From the NCBI GenBank assembly GCA_030141605.1, contig JAQGDQ010000229.1, positions 1-64,000 of the forward strand: 64,000 nucleotides of DNA, in the 5' to 3' direction. Position 1 is the stretch's first letter. Each line of letters opens with the position of its first letter. Shown here piece by piece: positions 28,394 through 42,942 of the stretch. The notes under the pieces are model-generated. The model had not been told where the DNA came from and did no database searches. It saw only the letters and a program-made list of their open reading frames with translations. Position numbers and translations under genes: made by a program. Source of the stretch: Tubiluchus corallicola (taxonomy: Eukaryota; Animalia; Priapulida).

Positions 28394-29814
28394 TACTGTA
28401 TGCTTTTGTACGCCATGTTGTGCAATACTGACGTCAAGTGGTCATTTTTCATCTCTATTATTAACAGCAGGCTTTGCACCTACGAAAAATGACAAGTACC
28501 CATAATACAAACTGTTATATTATATGCAGGAGGTATGATAAATTACTTTATATGCTTTTAGAACGAAGTTTCTGACACATTCTAATCAATTTAAGCTTTG
28601 GCACTCTATTATAGAAAACTTTTTCCACTTGGCACCTTGTTAAGTTAGTGTCCATGACGGTGAAACCATCATGGAGTGAAACCACTATATTTTTCATTGA
28701 AAGCAGCTTTGATATATTGCTGGTGTAATGATTAAAACTCAATGATGTATACCCGGCACAACGGATGTATAAATCACACAATAAAATCCACCTGAATGGC
28801 TCTTGAACTAATAAATGTCAAACTCAAATTTGCACACAAACAATAATATGGGCGGGCATGTGTCGCTAACACCATGACGTGGCGTGTGTTTCAGACTAAA
28901 ACCATCGTTATGTCACAAAGGCAACTTTTGATATGCTGCAGTCACAAAAGATATGACTTTTACCTATTTATTTGCCATTTAAATGTTTCCATTTGCTACG
29001 TTACTTACTGAGCTTTGCCAATCCTTGGCTGTCAGAACTCAGCTGGATTGAGTAAAATATAATTTGTGAGAATATAAAATAATTATGACATTCTCAATTT
29101 TGGTTGCATATGAAACCCTATAAATAATTCTTAACGTGAACACTGGACTTAGTGAAGTGATCACAGGAGGCGTCCTTTTTTGTCTCTTTTGTGACCTATG
29201 GTTCTTGTCATCCGCATATTTTCGATTTTGGTCGACCTGTAAAATATTCTTATAAAATTCTTGCCGAATGACCTTGGTCGATGGTCACAACAGGCGTTTT
29301 AAATGACGTGCGCTTGTCACTCAGAAGACTGGCTTCTCGTCTGAAATCTCGTGAAATGGGAGCCAACATCAAGGAAAAAGAAACTGCGAACTTGCTAGGA
29401 AAGAGCTTTCCGATGCCCTCTTCCGGGTGTTGCGGGTTACAGGAAGTGTCATTCACTAGATGTCACTCAAGATAGTGAAGGATTGATGCGAGAAGGAGTT
29501 AAAGAGAACATGATTGATGGTCCTGTATTCTTTATCGGCTAGCCGGATGGCTCGGTAATGGGTTAGCATTGACTTGCCTGTCAAACCCGAGGAATTATTC
29601 TTTCTGGCTCAAAGACGGCACGAGGAAAAGATCGGCTCTGATTTGCGACGCAGATATCTCTTATCGAATGACAAATAGGCACGGCATTTACCACGGAATA
29701 TAAATGCTCTTATCTGAGAAGCGCATATTTTATCCCTTGAACTACACGGTCAGTTAATAGGGTTAAAATGACCCAGACTGTGGCTTTTGCCGTTTTGTCA
29801 TAAGTTGGTTTAAT

Positions 29815-30075
29815 TGTTGTGATCGTGATGGCAATGATGATGACAATGACGATGGCGATGACGATGATGGCGACGGTGCTGATGACGAATGAAAGTGATA
29901 CTGATTATGATGTTATAGTTGTTGTCGTTGATGATGATAATGATGATGATGTCTTTGTTGTTGTTATTATTGTCGTTGCGGCTGTTGTTGTTGTTGTTGT
30001 TGTTGTCACTGCCATTGTTCCTGTTCCTGTTGTGATGGTGGTTGTGCTGGGTTCATTGTTGCTTGTTGTTGTTGT
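29815..30075. repeat. Degenerate (GAT)/(GTT) compound tract
   Basis: Direct observation. Confidence 0.85.
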
Positions 30076-30539
30076 CTGTAACAGACATTTTTATTTTTGT
30101 TACAAGATTTTAACGGAAAAATGCTTAAAACGTGAGTCACCACATTTGTTGCCTTGGAATCGAACCTGCATCCTTCTAAGCAAATTGAACGCTGTGCATT
30201 CTGGTTAGGTTATATTACGTCTTTCAACGTCCGACAGGGTTCGTTTGAAGCTGGCCGACACATGAAGCCACTGAAGCCAGGCGCTTCACCGCTCAACTGA
30301 CAAGCGGAATCGCGTTGACATCACTAATGGAATGTATTTTTAATTTTTGTTCATTACTGGCAAAATCCAGTCTGTCAGCTGTAATCAGCAGCAGCGTTGT
30401 CATCCTGTCAGTTTCACTGAATCGACGCATAACTTGATGCGCAAACGGAATTTGTTCACGTTCACACTTGCATTTTTATTCAGCACGATGAAATTCTTCA
30501 TAACCAAGAATTAAGCGTTTTTTTACACAGTAACATTTA

Positions 30540-30810
30540 TAAAAATTTTTATTAATTAAACGATGATGTTTTAATAACTCATTATAGTTCTCATCATGTG
30601 ATCTATAGTAAAAAATCTAAAGAATTCTAAAATTTCAAAAAGAAACAGCACAACAATGATTATTCAGAGGAACTCTAGAGGTGTCATGAGTAGTAGTTGG
30701 TTCTCTCTTTTTGAAATATTAGAATTGTTTAGAAATTTTGTTACAAATTATGAGTACTAGTGAGTTCTCGAAACGTCACGATTTTATGATTTTTAGTTAT
30801 TATTTATAAG
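30540..30810. mobile_element. Degenerate foldback (palindromic) MITE centred on CTCTAGAG
   Basis: tctaaagaattctaaaatttcaaaaaga (~30616) pairs with tctttttgaaatattagaattgtttaga (~30706). Outer segments aactcattatagttctcat / atgagtactagtgagtt also pair. Confidence 0.65.
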
Positions 30811-30834
30811 CTTAATATCAACATTAATATTTAT

Positions 30835-31132
30835 CATGATATAAATTCACAATTAACTGCATTTTGTTACTGTGTTTTAAAAGCAGGAAAAGAAAAGTTG
30901 AAGAAGAGGAAATGTGAAACACAGCCTGGATATGAACCAAGGACCTTCTGCTTACAAGACAGGCGCAATGACTCCTAGAATAATACCATGTTCTCAGTAG
31001 TCCTGACAGTCCAATGTTCATCCCTTACAATGTCTCATGCTCAAATCCAGGCTGCGTTTTATCTTTTTTAAACTTTCTGTTTTTAGTTTTGGTTTCAAAA
31101 TGCAATTAATTGTCAATTTGTGCCTATCATTA
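30835..31132. mobile_element. MITE with ~35 bp TIRs enclosing a tRNA-like sequence on the minus strand
   Basis: TIRs atgatataaattcacaattaactgcattttg / caaaatgcaattaattgtcaatttgtgcctatcat. Internal 30922-30990(-) has an anticodon-like arm ctgt-CTTGTAA-gcag and a T arm cttgg-TTCATAT-ccagg. Confidence 0.6.
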
Positions 31133-31603
31133 CGGCTTTGTTATGTGACTTTCAAAATACGTCTGGCAAACATTGAACATTATACACAACAGCACAAGTC
31201 ATTTGCAGCATTTATTAAAAATTCTTCGCCCCTTGTTTTTAAAACCATATTTAAAAAGTTATTTTTGCAGTTTGCTGTATAAGTGCATTCTAGTTCAACA
31301 TAGTTAATTAATTGCGAGAATCACAATATTATTTAACTGGTTTTTGTACATGGATTTCTGGGTGTTATTAAATATCACTGTATTTGATCATACTCCGTAA
31401 TTTGTAATTGCCAGTTTCAAATTTATGACGTTTTTAAATTCTTCTGTTTGTAAAAACGTAAACGTAGGTTTTTATTTTCATTTTATCACTATAGTAAAAT
31501 GTATATATGTATTTTCATGGCAATCAACTATTTTAGCGCTAAATTAATGGCGGTTACCTTTTTGAATGTAACTAGAGAAGTTCCTCGCCTTCACTCGTTT
31601 CCT

Positions 31604-31742
31604 GGGTGATCGGGTAATGAAGTCGCAGGAAAAAAGTCACAATTTGGCTGGGCTTAAGGTTAGGATTAGGACTTAGGGTTAGGGCTTAGGTTATGTTTAG
31701 GATTAGAGTTATTTCTTTTTCACCTGTGACTTTTTTATCATT
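31604..31742. mobile_element. Small TIR element with degenerate TTAGGG-like internal tract
   Basis: aggaaaaaagtcaca pairs with tgtgacttttttat. Internal ttaaggttaggattaggacttagggttagggcttagg at 31654-31710. Confidence 0.55.
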
Positions 31743-32503
31743 TTACTAAGCTAATAAGGTACAAGTGCAAACGAATCTGTGCAGTAGAATATTCTGATTA
31801 TGCTGAAATATTTTTAACAAATCATAAAAAATGGAGTTTTGTTGATAGCAAGAAATTATACTACAATAACGCAATTTTACTACAACATAACTTGTTATTA
31901 CCACACTTGTATAGTTTGTATGGTGTAATGTAGGTATGTTTGTGGCATTTGAGAATGTACCGTTTCCCTAGACGAATCTAGGCACCCTTACTCATTTTTT
32001 TGAGTTATTTATAGCTACATCAGGGAAATTCCATGTATGAACCAAGTATGTGAACTACTTAGCTATGAAATGTTGCAGGTTTTACGAACTACTTTGTAAA
32101 GTGACACACTGACGTAACTTGATCAAGTCTGCAACCTGGTTGAGTTTATTAAAAAATTGGGTCCACAGAGTGTTACTTCAGGGTTAATGGTGAAACTATG
32201 ACATGTAGACCATGTTGGCAATAACCGAGAAGAATTATCGCGACAAAAATTCCACATAAAGGGACAATAAACGGAGGACATCAATTAAACGAAACGACGG
32301 ATTAACGGGCAGCGCGAGGGAATAAATTTGGGAAACGACGCAAATAAATTTCCCGTTACAACTGCTGAGATGAAGTAAATGCAATTAAATAAGACAGAGG
32401 GGTAATTGTGAGTAGGAGAAAACGTCAAGCTTCGACCAGGGAGAAGCCACTATAAATGCGGGGAAGATTTAGTTAAAAAAGGGGGGAAATTATTGGAAAC
32501 TAG

Positions 32504-32862
<359 letters not shown>

Positions 32863-34192
32863 TTGTAATTTACACAGTTCGTGTAGCATTTTAATGTTCC
32901 AGTTATGATCAGGGCTGAAATATATTGAGTATTAATTTGTCTCAGTGGAGGTAAAAAACTTATTCGCACTGTCTAATTTTATATCGCTTTGGTTCGTTTA
33001 CATGATTACGTACTGTTCTAGTCACCTGGAATAAATTTGATGTCAGACCTATAAGTTTATTCCACAAAATTATTTTTACACTTAATAGTTTTGCAAGAAA
33101 AACAGTGTCTTGCCATAAAAATGTTTGCAATCTTAAAACATAGTGTAAGTTTTCACAACACCATTTAGTCATCTCAGCTGCCCAAAGTTAATGATATCGT
33201 TTCATCCATATTTGCTACAACAAACTTGCTTGTAAAGTTAGTAAAACATTTAATTTTAATATAACTTATTAAGGTTATTTGTTAAATAAATGATAAATGT
33301 TCAAGCTAAAGCTTTTTTTCGATATCGATTCGAAAAAATTATGGTCAAACTCGTAGTCCCGTACTATTCCGCTCTTTGCTTCTGCTCTGTCCTTGAAACG
33401 TTGAGCAAGCTCCATGTAAAATCCTTCCACCAAAGAAATATTGGACAATTCGTTGCATATGAGACGAAAGAGTTAACACTTTATGTCACCAAATTATTGG
33501 GATTTATAGGCATGTCTGTGTCCTTGGGTGTGACCTCTAATGGGCGGTTTTAGCTATGTACTCATTAATTACAAAACTGTCAATATATATTCAAATATGG
33601 CAATAAAGTAGTGAATAAAGAACGAACGGCTAATATAAACGACAGCCATTATGCAAAATCAGTGGAGTTGATGAGACCATTCGTTTACGATCTGGTACAT
33701 TTTGTAGCGGCTGGTAAAATAGTCCATTTTGATTAAGCAAATTGGGGACAAGCGTAAAGCTAGTTTCATTTTGCTATACTACAACTGGGTAATTATCATA
33801 TGCTAACAGTAGTGGCAAGATTAATTAGTTTTAAAAAATTATTCTTAATTATTCGTTTGTTCTTTTTTGAAACATGTACGTATTATTAGCAGTATTGCAA
33901 ACATCAATTTTATTAACTGGTTATCCTTATTCATTTCACATGTACGTATTATACAATGAGAATTTACGAGCATATATTATGTATTTTAGCTTGTATGTAA
34001 GTGTAATAGGGAAAATATAAAATTCCACTTGGCCGCATCAGAGTTACATTATGTCAGACATTCCGCTGAAAATCCATAAGTGATTTATAAATGACAATTA
34101 ACGTTAAATTCGCTGTACATGTTTAATTCGACCAGGAAAACAATCATGATGATGAACGTAAACAATACTAAATTAGAATGTCTAGAAAGTTT

Positions 34193-34260
34193 TGCAATCG
34201 GACTCGAACCTTAGACCTTCTGCTACCTGGGCAGCTATGCTAACCATTACATCACAGAGG
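34193..34260 (-). mobile_element. tRNA-derived SINE-like head
   Basis: Minus strand has A box TGATGTAATGG and B box GGTTCGAGTCC. No intact acceptor stem. Confidence 0.6.
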
Positions 34261-35069
34261 TACTTTCGGACTTGGGGCAACATTTACACGATAAGCCAAT
34301 ATGTATTCGAGGACAAAGTTACCATATCTGATAGAGAAACTACAGTGCTACTCATGCTCACGTTGAGCAATTTGTACCATGATCCCCACGTTCCTCGTAA
34401 CCCTTGTAAACATGCAAACATGTTTGTACAAGCTCGGAGACGGCTGATGACGGCTGTAATATATTGTCTTTGAGATTAACTGGTGAATTTGCTTACTGTT
34501 ATGTTAGTAAAGAGACACGTGTCGGTTGTAAATGTATACTGTCTACTCAAAGGGCGTAAGTACACGCGGGTTGCACAAGGTCGTTTTGGATCTTGAAGTC
34601 ACCTCGACTCTACTACTGTTGTGGTATTTGTTTCTTTCTTTCGTTTTTCTGCTTTTCTCTATTTTTTGGATTCTGTGCACAAACATAGTAATCTAGTATG
34701 ATACACTTTTTAAAACTCAGCAGGAATGTCTTATTACGGATGGACAGATGGGTGGAACAAACAACGGGAGGAAGAGTGAGCTGAATGGAAAAAATAGCAA
34801 AATTTACTGTAACATTAAAGGTAATAAGTTTATCTTAGTTGAATATTAACTTTTGTAGATGGCGACACTGGAAAACGTAATGTTTTCGAAGACAATTGCG
34901 AAAAACATTTAGTTGGGCCACCTATTGACACCTATTTACAAAATACTTGACAAGTTTCGTGTACTCTTAAGGCACATTTTCAAGATACCTGAATTTTAAT
35001 GAATAACACACTTTGAAGAGCTATAACGTGACAAAGTATTCGCAAATACAAGAATGATTTAACAATTTA

Positions 35070-35550
35070 AGGGAAAGAAAAGGAAATTTTAAAAGTCTGT
35101 CCCAAAAAGCTTTCCATACAAAGAGTTATGTTACTTAGCAAAGAAAATTCTTAGTTATTTAAAATGTTGGCGACATCTGTTAAAATGTCACTGTTTCGGT
35201 AGCTGAGTCAGATACTACTAAAATACTGATTCGGTAACTGCACCAAAAAGTTTTTTTAATCTTATTGGCAAGACCCAGTATTTTATACTTTTGTTTAGTC
35301 AGTGAAGTTTGTGCATCGAAGTCCTGGGATTATTTTTTCAAACTTTATGCAATGTTATCTGAACTTGTTTCATAACGACTTAACGTCAAAATGCCTGCGC
35401 CTAATTGTCATCGCGGGAGTTTAAATTTCAAGTTTTACACAGCGTTGCTGCTAATACAAGTTGTACGGCATGTAAGTGATACAAAATTCAATACGATTTT
35501 TTAGCTTTATGCAAGTAACCTTTATAAAGGGATTTTTTGTGTTTTAAGTC
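35070..35550. repeat. Dispersed repeat family B, copy 1
   Basis: Shares tttccata, atacttttg, aacttgtttc, cgcgggagttt, gcgttgct and gtgatacaaaa in the same order with copies 2 and 3. Confidence 0.85.
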
Positions 35551-37367
35551 AAGGTGCCTTTGAGAATGTGTCTTGAGAGCGCACAACAGGCGCCAAGTAT
35601 ATTGTAAATAGTAAATTTCTTTTCAAAATTTTGCTGATTTCACAGTGATTGAACTAAAAAAGCGGTTTTTTGAATAAAAGTGTGTGAGTGTATGCGTGAA
35701 TGCAAGCATGTTTATATACAAATAAAACTGTTATTCAGTATTAGTGTTTAATAACAAATAACTGTTTGTTTATTTACAAGAACCCGTTTAGTAACACACC
35801 ACAAGAAGTTATTGTCAAATATATAAAAGTCAATGCGATCCAGCTAAAAACAACTACGTAGTGAAAGGGTTAAACTGGAGTTTGTTCCACGACTCTCCCC
35901 CCGCTTAGCCGCCACACTTTCCTGCACAAACCACCCGCAAAACCTGAAACCAGAGCATCGGATCCTCACATTTATTCAGAGAAAACAGTACCTCACACAT
36001 CACCCACGCACGCATGCAAGAAGAGAGTACATTCTTCGCGTATAATGTTTAGAATCTGCGAGTTGTATACGGTCAAACTGTCGGTCTGTTTGTTGTTGTA
36101 GGCCGTTGATGAGTGTGTAAAGAATTTGCTAGACATTGCATCGATGACCAACGTAAACTTTTCCAGCTGGTTTCAACTGACCAGCGGTCAGTACGAAGTC
36201 ACGAGGGTGGGGGCTGCCGTCGCGTAAAAACGGAGCACCGCTTTCTTTTAATTAACTAACAACTGACCATAACCAACTACCAAGAAATATATTTTATTAA
36301 ATTGTTTCACACTGTTTTAAAAAATTAACTTACGTAAAATGCCTGCATTTATTGATGGAAAAGTATGTATAGTAGTATAGTTAGTATAGTACATAGCTTA
36401 GTTAGTTTATTATAGTGTCACCTGTCACTCTACTTCTTGTGCTAGGCATTGGAATAAAAAGTACGAATAAAGGGGATAATGCAATAAAACATGATTTTTT
36501 TACTCGACCGTTAAAAATTGTTCACAAAAGTGGCACACATAAAAATACTGAAACGCCTGACTGACACACAGATCGCTGTATGTTCGGAAAACGTCTGATA
36601 AATTTTTATTTTGCAACTTTTGGTGAAATTTTGTGGTAGTTTTAATCAGAACTCTTATCAAGTTATATTGTCATTCAATTTGCTTATTTTTATTCATAAA
36701 ATACATGATTAAACTATATATTTCAGGCCTACCTGATGTGGCCTGTTAAAAGCTAGATGGACAATCAAACATGGTGTGGTGTCAACATTGCGCTTCTTAC
36801 ACACTAGTTGTACATTGAGAATTGTTAGTGTGTTAGGTTAGGTTGTTAGGTCTTAAGCCAGCAAAAGTACATATAACAAAATACGATTTGTAGCAAGAAC
36901 TCGTATTGCACGTCGTCTTGTCGTATGCCGCATTAAATGTCTCTACTCAACGCATTAGAAATATAAATTTCACGTTATGTAAGGATTGTAGACAACAACT
37001 GTCATTCATTACTATCACAAATCATCAAATATTTGCATTAATGCTTATTTTTACGATTCACCGGGAATATAAAGTTGTTATTTATTCATGAAATGATCAA
37101 TAATCCCTGCTTTTATCATTTGTCTTACTTCTGTTTCCTAAATCCTACTCAACCGGACATCAAAAAGTCATAAAAGACTAGATGTTAGAGGAAAATGAGA
37201 CACGCAGCTTATGCAGACTTAGAATACCAAGCTGAAGTTTATCTTAAGTAGATACTTAAGTGAAACAATCCCTGGCTTTAAAGATCCTGCGAAATCCAGA
37301 CACAATAAATTTTGCTTTCAAAAATTTGCGAAAACTCCTTTGTTCTTTGGTGAAGACTTCGGCATCA

Positions 37368-37666
37368 CTAGTTCGACCAGAAGCAATATTATACATCCAT
37401 ACCCAGCACCCCCCTTGGCCCGTTCCCGTTCTCTACATCTCAGCCGTAAACTTTTGCAAAAAACGGCCGAAAAATGGCCATTTTTGGAAGTTTTTTGCCT
37501 CCCCTCCCTCCCGGTGGGCCCGATTCGAAAAATAAACCATCAATGAGAAGACACTGGATCGAAACCTTTCGTTTGATAAATAGATCGCCGCAAATGGTGC
37601 CCTCGTCCGGGCTGTAGCCTCGAATCTTATGTATAAAGCCAATACCAAGAATATTAATATAAGAGA
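37368..37666 (-). mobile_element. Non-autonomous Helitron-like element, ~300 bp
   Basis: Minus strand begins A|TCTCTTATATTAATA and ends CTAG|T, matching Helitron TC...CTAG termini in an AT target. The body is GC-rich. The 3' hairpin is not clearly preserved. Confidence 0.5.
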
Positions 37667-39381
37667 TAATATTTTGTTCTAATTCCTAAAGGCTAAAGGC
37701 AATTCGCACCAACTTTTAAAAAAGTACAATTTCTGTGTGAAGAAACGCAAAGAAGTTTGACAGCAGCTAAAATAAAAACTCGATATTAATAACTGATTAA
37801 ATGAATTCAAAATGAATCACTGACTGACTGATTTACTAACCGATTCACTGTCCGACTTCTAATAAATCAAGCAAGCGAACCACCTGCTGACAGGGACAAC
37901 CGGTTAGCCAATCGACCACCAAATAAACCAACTTGTCTTCTTGCCAACCTAAGTATCTATCTGCCGACAAGCAAACTCATTTAATCAAATGTTTTAATCA
38001 CCAAGGGTAAAGATAAAAGACGCTAAAGTTTAAGCCTTTTTGCACCCTTTTTTGCAGAAAGTTGAAAGACTTAGTTGCAGCACATCTCACAAAGACAGCA
38101 ACTTTCACAAGATGCTTTCACAAATTATGCAACAACAATCCTGTCTGTTTTACAGACGTCTCGGCAAAGACTTTGTAATAAATGGCCTGCCTAATATGCG
38201 GGAGATTGCTTGAAATGAATTTAAAAATGAGGAAATTTATGTCGCAGCAAAATGACAGCAAGTACGCAATAATAGCGAAGTTTCAGCCGGAATATTGACA
38301 GTCTATATGCAGATGAGAAGCATATATAGTGAAGTTATATAAGCCAGACATAAATTACAGTGACATTTATTAACTTGACAAGGCACTCTAGAGGGAAAGA
38401 AAGACTTTGTGCGCGAAACATGACGTTTTAACTGTCCTGCTACATCACGACGCTTAACCCTTCAGTCACCGGAAATAACAGTTATTTTCCCGCTGTGTTT
38501 TCTGTGTCCTAGGACAGGGGATTTGAATGTGAAAGAACATGTTTATATTACTATCGCCATCGCTAGCACAACCGTTACCATGCCACTACCACGCCACTGA
38601 CGTCATGTTAAAATGTTTTGCGAAACTAAACGTTTATGGTCATGACTTGTTTGATTCATTTTTGCAAAAAGATTCAACGCAGGCCCAGCAAAAACGACAA
38701 ACTGGCCGTTCTACATTAAAATTTCAATTAAAAAACACACGATGGCAACTCCAGGTTAGAACAATTTTTTGAGAATTCCCAGCCTAGAAGCGACTCCATC
38801 GTAATTATTTTTTCAAGTGGCAATAATCCATTAATTAGCAGCCTACTCTTATTACTAGGTATTGTCCTAAAGCATTAGGATTATCTTTTAGTAACTTCCT
38901 CATCCAATAATAATGGTTATTATTATAGGTATACGTCTACTGCAATACAATTATCTGCTGATCTACATAGCTATATCGCATTACTTTCTGGCTTTTTCGT
39001 ATACTAATAGTGAATACGGTTTCTTGCATCGTAAAAGAGGCGCAAAAACCTTTCACTGCGGTAAGCCTCTTCCCATATTCCCCTAGAGGTATTATGAAAA
39101 ACTCGAGTAGCCATTAAGCGATCAGAGCTTGTTTTAATAACCAGGACTAAGTTCCACTTAAGCTTTTTTTGCTCTTACATCAAAGGGATATATGTCAGGA
39201 AAAGCTGTTGTAGTGGTGAGACTATTACGTTTTGTCTTCTTTTTTTAAAACGATACCGTGTCAGTCACGGTAATGTTGTATGTGGTTGGTGAAAGACGTC
39301 TATGTTATGATGAGAGAAGAAAATAGACGGAAAAAGAAGACGGAATTAAGTAAGGGGATAGAAAGAGCGAGAGAGAAAACA

Positions 39382-39544
<163 letters not shown>

Positions 39545-39964
39545 ACTGAGTTTACATTTAGAGTTTTAGTATGCTGCAGGCCTTTTTTCTTTAATGTTGT
39601 TGCTTTCAGTGAAATCTTGCCAAACCATGAGAATTGCATCACTGCTAATGTTTTCCGAAATCCATTATAGTTATACCCTCAGCTTAGTGAATCTGTCCGC
39701 ATCCTAGTCTTAAGAGGAAAATGACAGCCCGCTAATGAGCAAATTTAACCATCCAGGAAGCTGTAACGTGTTGCTATTAATATAATCTGTCAGCAATTTT
39801 TAACATTGTTCGTCGTAGTTATATTCTGTCGGGATAAGAACATGCGGGCATTGCTGGCGTCGCTTAATATGAAAGGAGACAAGAGATTTCAGTACGTATA
39901 CTATCAGTATGATGGAAATCTAGAGACATTTCGAAAAGTAGGATATATTCTTTCAAAGCTCTGC

Positions 39965-40460
39965 TAAAGACAAGGAAAAGTGTATTTTAGAGTATGGCTC
40001 AAAAGCTTTCCATATAAAGTGGTATTAGTTTACATTACTTAGGCCTACCTGTTTGTAACTGGAAATTTTTTTCATAATTTAAAATTTTCGCATCAACTGG
40101 TAAAACTGCATAACCATCATAGCGTAAACTGCTAGCTTACCAAAAAACAACAACACATTATTGACCTTACTGACAATGTAAAGTAATTCATACTTTTGCT
40201 TAGTTAGTGAAGTGTGCGCTACGAATGCTCTGGATATTTTTTCGAACTTATCTGGGTATTTTTTCGAACTATTTTATTTAAACTTGTTTCAAACGACTTA
40301 CGGTTAAAATGACTGTATTCGCGGGAGTTTATTTCAGCTTTTGTACGGCGTTGCTGCTAATACGAGTTCTGTGCGTAATAAGACAGCATGTAGGTGATAC
40401 AAAACTTTAAGACGGTTTTTTTTAATTTATGTAAGAATTGTATTCTCTTGTACTTTAAAT
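39965..40460. repeat. Dispersed repeat family B, copy 2
   Basis: Colinear similarity with copies 1 and 3, same orientation. Confidence 0.85.
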
Positions 40461-42811
40461 AAACGTTATTACTTCCAATTCGTTAGCAAAAACTGAAGGA
40501 TACTATTGATACACCAGCTGTTATGTACTTTGAAGAATTTTGCTATTGATACTGCTTAACATCATAAACAGTTTGCTCGTCAAGTCGTCTGCGCTGGATG
40601 ATTGAGACTTTTGCAACATTCACTAGGGTAACAATAGCAGTATAAAAATACTCGGCTACGTGTAATATACTTCACCATGCAACATTGCCTCAACTAAGAA
40701 ACCCCAGGCCTCTAGGAGTTGTCGGGATATAAACTATTTTTAAAATTCAGGAGAAGGGTTAAGGTCTCTGTGGAAGAGTGACTCTCGGTGATGTAATACA
40801 AAAATGCTTTTAGTTTTAGGAGTGTTTTTCTTTCTGTTAACTTCTTTTTCTATTTTAAGCATAATTTTATTACTGCTCTTTGTCTTTGTGAAATGGCAGT
40901 GTTTGGGCACTGATAATAAGACAAAAGTTGGCTAAGTTAATTGTTGTTGTCGTGTAACACTGTGTATCTATGTCTCTGAATGTAGTACATAAAGGATGTA
41001 CGTTTCTACTTCCAGACTCGCTAAGCTAGAAATTCACTTTCCTGAAAACACTGCTCACCTCCACATTATGGCGTTTCATTTAACACCAGCTGAACTGCAA
41101 ATGTCGCTAGAACGTGACTAATAGCATATTATCTGCCCAGGAGGACCGGAAACGTTTTCACACTTCTCACCTGTACATCAGGTTTCCCCCGGGGCTCTTC
41201 TTCATGCACCTCTCGACGTGTGTGTGTGCATTAAACGAAGAAGCAGTCACAGAAACGACTGCACGAGAAAGTGAGCGAAGGTGTTGCTTGTACGTTATTA
41301 AGCGTGGCATTTGTTTTATCGAGTGCGTTAAAAGCTTTTATGCAAAATGATGCGAGTCCATGCAAGCTGTGAGAGACGTCAGTAACAACAGTGTTGATGC
41401 ACGAAACGAAAGAGCAGCTACTGATTGCACAATCGCTGCATGCGTTTTAAGCGCAAAAACTGCTGCCTAAAACTACTGTAGTTTTACAATAAAAAAGCAA
41501 TTTTCTGAAGAACAAAAACCATCAAAAGTGTATCTGAGCAGTTAGAAAGTTGTTAATGACTGCCAACATTGGAATGACATATTCATTTATGACATATTTA
41601 TGATTAGTGATACAATCGTTCCACTGATGACGCAAAACTAGGTACTTACAGCGCCTACTACTATATAGAGTGATATGGCACGTTGTGCTATGTCATACAC
41701 AGTAATACATTTCTATGATACGCCGTTATGCATCGCTTTCTTGTAATTTTACTATAATATGTATTTGCGCGTTTGAGCTACTACGCCATGTGTTTTAGTG
41801 GTTGCAAAAGCTAATTACTTGGTCTCTCGTGTACTTTTTTTTCTTTTTGTTTTGTTTATTCTCTTTGGGGATTTCTTATGTATGTTCTTTTCGCATTTTG
41901 GTGCAGAAAAGTAAAGCAGATACCCATAGGCATCTTAACGCACAATCAAGTTAAACAGGTGTCTTGTTGAGAATCTAGTATGTTTCTTTATATGGGCTGT
42001 CATGTGGAAAATTACTGAGATCATCTTCTGTATTAAAAGCAACTGCAAGTATATAAAGAAAAAATCCTTCAAAATGATGAACTTTCTTTTAAATTTTCAA
42101 TTTCATTCGTCTGTTTTTTTAACTCGTGATTTTTCAAACTTGCATTAACGATAGGTAAGAAGTTGCCGGAGCTTATCGTCTATAGTATGAGATCTTATGC
42201 CACTGTTAAAACGATATGTAATGTTCCTTCTAAAACCTTACTGTTCCTCGGGATTTATTTGCTCGGGCACGGCTCACTTTATCTCCATCTATTCTCGTTT
42301 GTCACCATGATTAATAGTTACATTCATTAGTTAACGTTGCATCATTTGTCTGCGTATATCAACCGAGGGCGGAAAATTAGAGCTACTGTCAGAAGCGCAT
42401 CTGCTAAGCGGATGTTTAATGAAGTGCGTGGAGTGCCGAGGTTTAACTACTTCCACGGAGAATCAATGGATCCGCTGTTTTGCGTAGAGAGGCCATCTAC
42501 GACGAGGAAGGTGTTAGTCAGATGGTCTTGGCAGTTTCTTGAAGGCTGAAGCTCCTTTGACGCTTAAGCAAAGGCGACTTATTAGGAGTGAAACAAGTCG
42601 CCAATAATGATAAATATGTTGTTTTTATTAATAGTAATGATGTAGAAATTGATCCAAAAGGAATTTGGTAGATATGAAACTGGATAATGAATGTTCCATG
42701 GCATATTAATTAACTAGTGTTAGTGTTTAAGCCTTTGTTTCTAATTACTAATGCATTAATATGATGCAGAAACAAGTAATTAATATAACCATAATGTGTA
42801 TGTATTAATAT

Positions 42812-42942
<131 letters not shown>

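Noticed and set aside
30922-30990. Functional tRNA genes at the tRNA-like heads
   Set aside because: D arms and acceptor stems are decayed in all of them. They are treated as repeat-derived.
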